From the NCBI GenBank assembly GCA_964035545.1, contig OZ037769.1:7855929-7919928 (forward strand): a DNA stretch of 64,000 nt, written 5' to 3'. The DNA is from Bugula neritina. Lineage: Eukaryota > Animalia > Bryozoa. A program made the position numbers and the translations under genes. The first letter of the stretch is position 1; each line of letters starts with the position of its first letter. Under the pieces are notes generated by a model that saw only the letters and a program-made list of their open reading frames with translations, had not been told where the DNA came from and searched no databases. Below are positions 14,301-26,300 of this stretch, piece after piece.

Positions 14301-17300
14301 AACTTTTATTGTAGTTATACTCACTGTGTGTATAGTCAACACGGCACTTACTGTGTGTATAGTGAATATAACTATACTTACGGTATGTATAGTGAATATA
14401 ACTACACTCACTGTATGTATAGTGAATATAACTAAACTCACTGTTTCTACAGGAGAAACTCTCGGAGGCTTAGATACGGCTGGTTTCCTGTCAGCTAGAA
14501 TTTCTCTTAGAGTTGCATTCATGTCATCATTGTCAAGATTTAATGCAGCAGCCTGAAACCACACAAAATCAGCAATAGAGTAGCAAATATTCGAAGTATT
14601 TTAGTAGGTTACGATTTCAATAACAAGAAAATGTTCATTTAAATACTGGTTTCTATTACTGCATGTAAATGGATTTTTCATTCAATACTTGGAAACAGTT
14701 GCATCAAATGAAACCATAACCATAAGTTAGTGCAAACGACAATGAAGAAATGGAAATGCAGTGAATAATGCATCAAAAGTTGATAGACTCCCACAATTAC
14801 GTAACTAAGGAATCAGTCTCCAACTTGATGTATTATGTGTACTTTCAGCAGTAACTATAGGTGTGGCATGAATGTACTTTCAGCAGTAAGTATAGTTGCT
14901 AAATGAATACCAACTCTTTTAGCAATTCTCTCTTCAAGGGATTCCAGCGGTGGACTCTCACTGAGAGTAATCTTCTCATCTCCTGCAGCTTCTTCTGGTA
15001 ATTCCTGAGCAGAGGAAACCTGTTCCCCTGTCGCCTCAGGTGCTTGTGGGACTTCTGGTGGTAAATCTGGTTTAGTATTCTGAGTCACACACTCTTGGGC
15101 ACTAGACTGGCTGTCAACTGTAATATAATTATACTCTTCTTGTTAACCCAGAAACCATTACCTATACCCAAAATGTAGATGTATAAAATGGAGGAATAGC
15201 AATACCAGCCTGCTACATGTTTTATGTGCAACCTATACAAGTTCACATTGGAAATTTTTTGAACAAAATTTGAATCTGAATTTGAAGTAGTGCAATAGAC
15301 ATGTGGATACTAAGTGATTAATTTTATACTTGATAACCAAACACAACGAAATGACGTACTCAACTGCATTAATCATTTTTACCATTCCTAATAGTTGCTT
15401 CAGTGTATTCATAAAATAATATGGTCATATGGCTACATCTATAGAGAGATGAATAGAATTTTTTTGGCATTTAAAACTGGGTAGTTCAAACATGAAAAAG
15501 CAGCATGTCACTGTGAACAACAAAATGAAATTATCCATCTTAGAACAGGCTTTTTCTTACCAGGTGGTTTGCTGTCATTTGTCTTTGTTAAATTTTTTGC
15601 GGCATCCATCTCTAACAGTTTGGTGGCAGCAGCATCTGCGGTGATTTCCATCTCGACGACAACGGCAATTTGAGAAATGGTGAACTGTGGGAAGGCATGA
15701 TGTAACTCATTTGCCACCCTCAATGTGCGACGATCATCTAATGAAATAAACAAGTAAGAGAAGTATATAATTGTTATATAAAAGCCATACAATTTTTATA
15801 ATCAACAAATAAGGGTTATACGAAGGCATAAAAGACAGCTTATGACCATAACATTTTGAGCATTTTATCCTTAAACAATCAGAAACAAGATATTTTTATA
15901 TGAAATTAAATTTTTTAGCTGAGTCATAACTTAATCACTTCCCAATTTTAGACAATTTTAAGCTTTCGATTTTTAAGCTGTTTTGTTAAATGCTTACCTA
16001 AAGCCATGTTATTCTGAAAGACTTACGGATAGATGATTTCTTCTCTTGCTCAGTTTCAGCATCAACATTGGTAAAGAAAGAATGTTGCAAGGCTTGTTCA
16101 AGAGTTATCCTATCGGCAGGGTCATATTCCAACATTTTCATAATGAGGTCAAATAATGACCTAGAAGCTTCATCGTCATGTCTGATGTACCTCTACAGAA
16201 TAAATAAATGGTAGATGTTACACAAAATTATATAGTGAAAAGTGGAAACATATAATAAGGTTAATCGAATTAGCATATATAACCTAATCAACATTGTACA
16301 AAATTTAAATAATTAAAAATTGTAAAATATTATCAATGAGCACTGAGTTTATAAGTATAAAATATATTTCATTAGAATATAAGTGACCAATGAGACGTCA
16401 ACCTAGCTGCTGTACGCTGCCAGTAAGAGGACAGCCTTGCCATAGATTTTGAGCAACACTGAGAAAGTAAGTCAAAGGAACCCAATTAAAGGGGTTGGGT
16501 GAACAGAATTTGTAACATTAGCCCACATAACAAAATGCACAGACATACAGTAGAAATAATGTATTGTGTTAGAAACCATAGCAGCAAGTTAAATTTCATC
16601 CATACTTCATGCTCAATGTGCAGAGAACATGCTGCAGAAACTAAGCATTGCCAAAATAAAAGTAGTTGAAAGTATTTTAATATTCAGCCACTGATTCAGC
16701 AATTTCTCATGCCTCCACGACAAAACAGTAGTAATAAACTTACAGCTAGTAATAATAGCCAGCTGAAAGTTCAACCTAGATCAGACCCTTTTAAAATATT
16801 TCAATAAAAAAGTTTACCTTTGACCTGGGAGGAGGGATGTTTTTTCTTTAAAACAGCAGCAAAAGGCAAAACAGGTAGCTGTGTATGAATCTTACCAAAA
16901 TTAAAAAAAATTAAAGAAAACCTGGCAGGGGTTCATGCTAAAAGATTGATATGCTTTGCATGTATATAAATTATGTTTATATGACTTACATATGACCTAT
17001 ATATTGACCTATATATGTCATTGTAAGATCTGATATTTGGTAGATGTGCACTGAGCCACCCAAAACATAAAATATTTAGCATTCTTAGCAGCAAAAAAGG
17101 AGGGGGCTCATGCGTTTTTGTAACATGGAATCGATAACATGTTTACTCAATTATGGTCGCACAAGCAATGAAAGGCAGCCAATTCAAGGTGCAACAGCTA
17201 AGGCCACGAGATTTACACACACTTGGTCATTCTACAGACAGCAAACTTTGCAAATTGATTTAGGATTTCACATGCCTACACTTACAAATATCGGCTTGCA

Positions 17301-20300
17301 CATTTCCCGAACATAACGACCCGATGTACTATTAGCATCCCAGTCCAATCGGCCGTGATAGAAAAAAGGCATCCTGTGAGAACCAAAATTGAGTTTAAAT
17401 AAAGTTGTTTACCAAAAGCTAAATTAATTTTGTTTGACTAATGATTGTAAAAGAAATTATGCAACCAATGACAAATATATATTTTATGTGTTATGAAGAG
17501 TTATCATGACCCTGGTGGATAGTAATGGCTGCCTAAATGAATTTGGAGTTTCGACAGCGCCAAGAGAGACATCATACCACAAGTGCCTGTTTAGAATTTT
17601 ATGGTAAAATATTATTAAAGTTTAAAAAGACAGGATTTCAAATGCCTGTGTCAGTCATCACTAAATTGCTGTAAAATTATAGTGAGAGTTTTTTTTCCAT
17701 GATAGTAAAACATGAAATGTAAAAATGCTGACAGCTTAGCATTGCCATACAGGTGTATCACCTTTAGTTGAATGCGATAGAGTTCTACCAAACTTTGGTA
17801 GTAAGAAAAGCTTGTATGATATGCTTTTGGAGAAATTTCTGCAAAATCTTCAACTTTTAAAAATTTAGCATCTCATTGGGGTGGAAGAAATTAATTCAAA
17901 TGAGAGATTTTAAAAACATGGTTTCGGATTTTTGTAAAATTTTAATGTGCATTTTAAACAAATACCTACTTAGAAAAAGATCAATTCATGATATCTACCA
18001 AGTTTTAAATTTAGACGCATTTATAGAACTTTACTGCAATAAAATTGACACACATACCAAACAAACAGTCATTAAAGCTACCCGTATTTTTGTCAATTAA
18101 CTTTCAATAGTCAATAAACTATTTGAATATTTCAAACATTGAATGACAGCTGAAAATTTTCAGAAAGAAAGACAGCAAATATGAAACATACAAAATGTTT
18201 AATAACTGGTTGTTGCAGCAGAATATTGTTGAACCCTGCAGTTTTGAAATGATCAAATTCTCAGTGATTTACCTACTTGCTTCAGCAAAATTAACACTGA
18301 TACTTCTTTCAAGTTCATCAGTGATTGTAGCCCATGCAACACGTTTTGTACTTGAACATATATAAAAGTTTAATTTAATTTCAACGTTCTAAACATGAGT
18401 TCTCCTATCACAATAGTACGCTACAAAGCAACTACCTCATTGAATATTTTCTGATATCAACCAGAGACAGTTGAAGAATGCTGAAGATGACCTGAACTTG
18501 AACATGCAGGCGGAAGTCTAACTAAGAGGATATCAACATCATTTCACTTTGACAAAAGTACATTAATCTCAGATTGTGACAGCTATAATAATTCAAGGAT
18601 GTAGTTTTGTACTATCAAATAGGACTAATTGTATTAGTGGTCATCACATTTTACATGAGCAAAGCAGCCCCGGTTGATAAGGAAGAAAGTGCATTACATT
18701 CGCAGAATACTAACTTGGTCCTTCTGGCCATGCGATATGGAAACTGGCCTAGCACACGCTCCATCATTGCCAAATGTTCCAAATCATCATGTGTCTGACA
18801 AAATATAATGATTTCACTACCATAACTTTACAACACTCTCAAGCTATCTGATTACCAACAACTGTAACTTCGAGGAATATCAATAAATTATATAATGATT
18901 TAATCAGCTATACAACAATCAATCAATTTATTAAAGATATAACAATTACACAGTAAAAATAACTCATAATTTATAGCTGAAATGTGAATTCATAACATAA
19001 GATAGGCAACAAGAAATTAGGTTGTAGTTTGTTGTTAACTTGTTGAGTTTTCTATGTACTAACCAGAAACCTGCAGGCTAGATATATACTAAAGTTGTAA
19101 CCTATTCCTTTGTTATACATAAACACCTTAGAAGCAGTTCATTTTATGTTGCCATGTTGTACACTTTACACCTCGTAATATTTAATAATACTAATATTTA
19201 AATCCTAACTATTAACATGTGTATACAAAACACAAAATTCTTGCATGATTTTATAAGAAATCTAAGTTTACCTGAAACAGTGTATATCCAGTATATAATT
19301 CAAACATTATACATCCAATACTCCACACATCACAGGGATGAGACCAACCCAGCTCTGTAACATAACAGTATCAAAGGTGGAGGTTTAGTCCATTCCATAT
19401 CATAAGGTGATGGCATTGAAAAATCCACTAAGTTAATCTTAAAAAAACACTAAACTAAAGGCTGATAGAATGCTATTGCTTGTCACTTGCTCTGCAATAG
19501 TCCCAAATTCTAGCTTCAAGGCCAGCACTATTTTTTATTAAAATATTGTACAGCCATCAATAGAGTTTTAAAAACAAACTTATACCAATGAGACGTTTTT
19601 ACTATACTTGGAAATGGCTAGATACTTCAACAAAGTCGCCCAATAAAGCACTGTTAAGAACTAAACCCACTTGACAGTGACTCAAAAATACGAGTAGTTA
19701 AAGCAGGTGATTTAGCTTGCAAAACAACAATAAAATGGAATAGCTCAGTTCGTTTCTATTGGATAAAACAGTGTTGGGCTAAAAACTGCACAAAAATTTA
19801 TTGCATGGAAATAATCAAATAACAATCTAAACTCAGTGCAATGTATATAGCACAGCTGCAATAATAGCATAATAGTCTAGGATTGACCTGAGTCGAGTTT
19901 GTACAACATTCTCAATATATTTTGAGCCTAGTATGCTTGCACATTTGTACAAACACCCACTCTCTTGCAACATTCACTAAGGTCAGTTTCACTGATGTGT
20001 TCAACCCTTTAAAATTTAGTAAAATTGAGTGATACCACAACAGATAACTCCAGATGCTCTGCAGTGCCAGCAGATACTATGGTACTATATATAGCTAACT
20101 CGGGGTGATACCAGGTTAAGTATAGGACACTGTGTTACTAAGACGACACTGTGTTACTAAGAGGTGTGTTACTGACCTAAGATGACCTCAGGTGCCCTGT
20201 AGTGCCTCGTAGATACTATAGTACTGTGATGTTCATCATCGAAAGTAGCAGAGCCAAAGTCAATCAATCTACAGTCACTACTCTTAACAATCTTCTCTTT

Positions 20301-23300
20301 TTTATGCTAAACCAACATGTAAACATACAAAATATTGTCATTGAAATATTATAGTAATTATTACGATGAAATTTTTCACTGTAAAAATTATATCCACTCA
20401 GCTTTTCTTAGCAATATCCAAGTTTACAGTAAACTAGGCAAAAGTTAAAAGTGCATGATACGGAGAGAGAGAGCTGAAGCTTAACACTTCAATACTGTAT
20501 CAAGAGTTATTCTTATTGCAAAGAAATACTAGTCAAGCAAGTTATATCCGTCTTCCAACAAACTATTCACTGATTTAATAAGTAAATAAATCAATGATTT
20601 ACTACTGGAGTAAGCACTGTTTATGTGTACTAATTCCCTGAAGCCTCTGTACCTAGCAGATCTGTACTATGTACAATTAAAGTTATAAAGCCTCAGCAAC
20701 GAGGGCCAGTGCTATAGAATGATTGAGCATAAAAAGTTGTCTGCTCCATGATTAGAACAGCCTCGAAATATCTAACTTATTATAACTAATTGGAATGTCT
20801 AAGCTAAGCACAGCATAGCATTCCTCACACATAACTAGTATAATTACAGACATGAACTGCCTAATGGATGGTTCAGCAAAGAACCCTTAAAAGGTATCCT
20901 AAGCTAAACCCAATTTTTGCTTAGTTTGAAAAGCTAACGTGTTACTCAAAGCTGCAATAATTATCAATCACAAAAATGCAGATAAAACATTAAAAACCCC
21001 ATAAGTTACAAAACACCAAATATGCTATGACAATAATATCACGTTTAAATATTATATGGAGTTATTGTCTCCTCTATTTTGTTATTGCATCATGTTAGTT
21101 TAATACTCACCCTCTTCTCGTTGTATAGGAGATCATAGTCTGAGTTGACGAACAACATATTCTCTGGTTTGAGATCAGTATGAGTCAGGTGATTATCATG
21201 TAGAACTAAGAATACAATATCATATTATATTATGATATTACTTTCTATTCCACTTCATTATAATATCACATTTATCACTATACATTACTGCATGCTTCCT
21301 AAAACACTTTGAAAAACTCATTACCACATTTGAGGTATAAACTACATACACTATATTGAGTTTTAACTCAGTTAGTGTAAAAAGGTCCAGTGTTAGTAAA
21401 TCTGAATGGTGAGATGAACCAACATATGCAGAGAAAGTTCTGCACAAAAACAAGTGTTATCCCTGCAAGCTGACTGAAACAAGTGTTATTTCAGGTAAAT
21501 TTCAATTTCTTGTTCATTAAGTTTAAGCACCTCTGTATAAGCTATACAGAGGTATACTAGGCAAGATGAGTAGGAACATGAAAGACCTTATGATGCTAAC
21601 AACAAACTCTACAGTAGTAATTAACTAATTAGGCACTTCATAATCAGATCTTCAACATCTACATAGTGATGCTAGGATAATGCTGTGTAGTATATTACTG
21701 GCTGCATTAAGTAACCAGTGATAGTAGTTCAACAGCTACTAGAGGCATCACTTTACGGCAGCGGCTGCCAGCTAAAAATAGCGCTACTCTTTACTTACAC
21801 TTGACAGATTCACACATTTGCCGACTGATATCCCGCACATGCTTCATAGGGTATGGGAAATAATGGTTCTCTTTCTACAAATATAAGATGTTCAAAATAA
21901 CATTACTTACAGCGCTTTGAGCAGAAGTTGAACTATTGATCCTTACAGAATCAACACCAGTTCAAAACATCCTTGTAAATCTGTTAACTCAATATCCTTA
22001 AAGTATTAGAATTTAGATCATTACTTATAATACTTCAACAGGTCTGCGGTTATGTTTCATCACCGTATGCAGCAGCATTGACTACTATAAATAACATGCT
22101 TTCTGCTATTCCATTTTGCTGATAATCATCTATACAATATTTTATAAAATTCCTTCAATGATCATTCTAAATGGAATTGCATTTGACATTATCTCCCTGC
22201 ATTGACCATACACATTTATTTATTAAAGAAAATAGTAAGAACGTAAACTGAAAGACTGTAGTCTACCTGTTTACAATATTATAAAGTCCCACACTAGAAC
22301 TCTTTGTATATCAATTTAATTGCAAATGTTTTGATAAATGTTTTATCTCATAGGAACGCAAAATGTTAAGCCTATAGTACTGTGCTTAATAAGTATATTT
22401 TTTACCATAAAGTCAAAAACGCTTAATCCAAGGCTCTCAAAGGCTATACACATATGTCCATAATAGTTGAACCAATCTACCATCTGAACACATAGACTGT
22501 AACAAATAAGCATATTGGTTTAATACAATAGCAAAATTTGACTCAAATCTAATTACAAAGTTCATAAACAGCATGTCCTGTGTGGCCAGTAAACTTCTGG
22601 TATACAAACCGCCACACATTATTGCTGATAGCCTTAAGTTGCGTTTATACCTCTACTGAGAAAAGTACCTAGTTTCAGTTAATTTCACTCGTCCGGGTAC
22701 CGGTTTACAGCTTTACTGAAACTCTTTGCCTAATTAACGTATATTGATGCAGTAGTTCACTTTCTAATAGTGAAACATGACTTGCTTAGTCGCTATTTGA
22801 TGCCCTTTGAAAACTTAATGAATTAGTTAAGTTGACAGTATAAAAAGCAGTAATTGAGAAACTGCAGGCCAATCAAAGGGTTAAAGTTCGTACTGAACCT
22901 AATATAATTATAAATATGAAGCTTTTTCTTGAATCGCTGAAGCTTTATTTACCGATGTTCAAGTAGTCATCTAGTCACCAAAGTCATAATTGAATACCAA
23001 TATCTACAGGGAGACATTATTCATTTTGATTGTTATTCTGAAATCGAAATTAAGTAATCATTGGACAAACATCTTGATGTGTGGCTTTTACAATGCAATG
23101 CAACGTGCTGAAATTTCAACTCGGCCAAATTGAATTTCTGAACGAAAATCGTGGAAGTATAAACGCAATGCTAGTTTTTTGTAAAAGAAATGACTACTCT
23201 TACATAATATTATATACTCTCAAACTAACATAGTACATATATACTCTTATACTAACATAGTACATATATACTCTTATACTAACATAGTACATATGTACTC

Positions 23301-26300
23301 TTATACTAACATAGTAAACACTGGTAGCTATTCCTACACTCAATACTCACAACTTTCCTTCAGGGTCCATCCTATTGATCTTCTCCAGAACGTTTATTTC
23401 CAACATGGCTGCTTCCCTGTACTTGGCAACATTCTTTATAACTTTTAAAGCCAAGGGCGGATGCTGATCATTTCTAAAGAATAAAATACATTCTATATGC
23501 TAAACATAGTGGGCGCAGCTATGGTCTAGGGGTTAGAGCACTGGCTTAGTAAACACGACAGCATGGGTTCAATCCAGAGTAAAGGCTATTGGTGATATTA
23601 GGAAGAGCATCCAGCCATAATTGTTCCGTTGCCTCATTTAAATAAGTTCGTAGTCCGTTTTAAAAAACCCCGTTCCACCAGGGTTTCTCACAGGGAGTAA
23701 CTATAAACTTGTGTGAGTTTTTATATACTAAATATAGTGTAGGCATACTGATTGGTCTACAAGAAGCTGCTACTTGCACCGTGCAACAACTTGTTGCCTT
23801 TCAGCCCAGACAAATTTTGCCGTAACGTCGATAGCCATTTTTCAAGTGTCCGGGTTGAAGTTCTCAAAGCCCGCTATTGGGTAAGATTTATGACACGCCA
23901 TTGGACATTTGTATCCAATGTCTCCCTGTCCAATAGGAGCTAGACGTAATTTTTTTAATCAAGCAGTGTTTGATCCTCGACGTACAGTAAAGTCGTACGG
24001 TTCAGTGCCAGACATTTTTAAAAATGGCTGACGTTTGCTGTTACGGTCGATGTTGTGGCAACATCTGTCTGGGCTGTTTTGTCTCCTAGGAGAATTAGTA
24101 TGAGTAATGTTACTTACCCAACTAAATACTTCACTTGTAATACTCTCCCAAATGTACCTTCACCAAGACAGTCCACCACTTCATCTACTCATATAAACAA
24201 ACTCTGTACAGGTTACACATTGTGCACATATTAAGAGTTATAATGTTGACTGGCATAAATACAGGAGAGTTTAATAATTTTAATTATTTTAGTGGCTGGC
24301 AACTATAATTATTGCTCAAGACTGTTAACAAAGAGCTAATCTTCGCATCAAAATCTTAGAAACAATTAATTGCTAGAAATTAGATTATGAAAGGAATTTA
24401 GTTAAAATAAACAACACACATCAACTAATCTACTGTTTGATGTACTGCTTGTGTAGCTTTAATTCATTACTATTTTCTACAACTGCAATTCATGATGTTT
24501 TCATGAACCAAACCATGTGATTAGGTAAAGGCTGTATAGAGCCTCCTAGACTAATTGTTATTAGTTTTTCTACATGTCAGAATGATGTATACCCACATCT
24601 TTCATCAAGTATGTCTCCAGACTTGTAGAGCAGATGTCCTTCTGAGTCATTCAACACATGAGCAGGTCTGGAGTCCGCAGGAGAAATCTTATCTTCTTTC
24701 TGTAATATAAAATTGTAATAATATAATAATAACAATAATATAACAGAAAAAATAATATAATATAGTAATATGTAATTGCAATAATATATAATATTATAAT
24801 AGTAATAATAATATATAATAGTTAAAATAATATATAATAGTTTAATAACAATATATAATAGCAATTATAATAGCAAGAATATATTATAGTAATAATATAC
24901 AATAGTAATAACATATAATAGTAATAATATAATATACAATAGTAAAATATCATATGCCATAGTACTAGCAGACATTCTAAAATAAGTGCTTGTAAGACTG
25001 AAAACATATAATCTACACAAACTATGCACAAGCACTATGGTATCCCAGCAGAGCACAGACCTATGTAGCTTACTATGCTATGAATATGCCCAACAGGTAT
25101 TTCTACCACCATTACTGTGAGAGTACATTTGTTCACTTTCACATACTATGAAAGTAAACAAATGGGTAAAACGATTAGCAAGTTGCAACTTTACAAAGCA
25201 GGAAACTGTTAGTATTATCAATTCCTGGTATTTGATATAAATGTACATTTTGGGCAATGTTTTATAGTCCAAAATAAATACACAACACGTAAACATGCAA
25301 CAAAACTACAATACTGCATCTACCTTGAAATGCAGTGAAAACCACTGCAAACCCAAGCATTTCAGAAACCTCTGCAATAATTAAACCAATAAATTAGTCA
25401 GCTGAGATTGGAAAGACATTTTTAAAATATAAGGCAAAAGAGCTAGAGTTGATTCGGGTATAGTAAAGTGGTTAATTCACTTAGCAAAACACATAGGAAA
25501 GTTGAGTCGAATGTAGCAACAATTTCACTCAAGCTTTTAAAAAAGAGATAGAATTGCTTGCGGAAATGCAATTGACCAAGGTAGGTTTTGAGTTTGGTAG
25601 AATATGTTAAAATACCATTCTTTAAAACGCTGTTAATCACAGAATTTAATTTAACAGAACTGTGCTATATTGTGCAGAGTAATGCTAATTAAATTATCAA
25701 AGTCTATTGATCAGTTACATAGGTGATCACCCGATAAGGGAATTGTATTAGTTTTGTTTTAATGTTTTCTCAATCTTTAGTTTAAATGCCTACTTTGGCA
25801 CGTCAGCTTTTTCAACCTATATAGTGTTTCCCAGGAGTTGGTAGGAAGGGATGTGTAGTTGAATAAGTTGAACAATTTGAAGTTGAATAATAATGTATGT
25901 ATTATTATATGTATCTACTGGTGAATGTAAACAAAATGTATGGAACCAGATTGTATTTTATTCTGAATTTATTGATATATGTTTCCAGACAGTTTGAAGA
26001 GTGAAGTGAGGCTTACTGGTCACAAGTGAATTTAAGATAAATACCCCCTCTCCCCCTCCATGCACACACTCTTACACAGGTTGCCAAGTGGGACTAGCAT
26101 TAATAATCAACAAACTGGTTTGCTGTACTGATAGTTTTATAACCCTTTGGTATTAGCAGGGTTGATTATTGCTATATTAGTTGTGTAGTATAACTGATCT
26201 AATTACAGAAACATAATGTGTAGTACAGTTCTAGTAGAAAAAGCAATACATGGTAATGTTGCATATATTATTATAGATCACAATATCGTCATTCTACGAT

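Noticed and set aside
24703-25056. Tyr/Ile/Leu-rich ORFs
   Set aside because: AT-rich low-complexity intron sequence. Only 24699-24597 is a credible exon.
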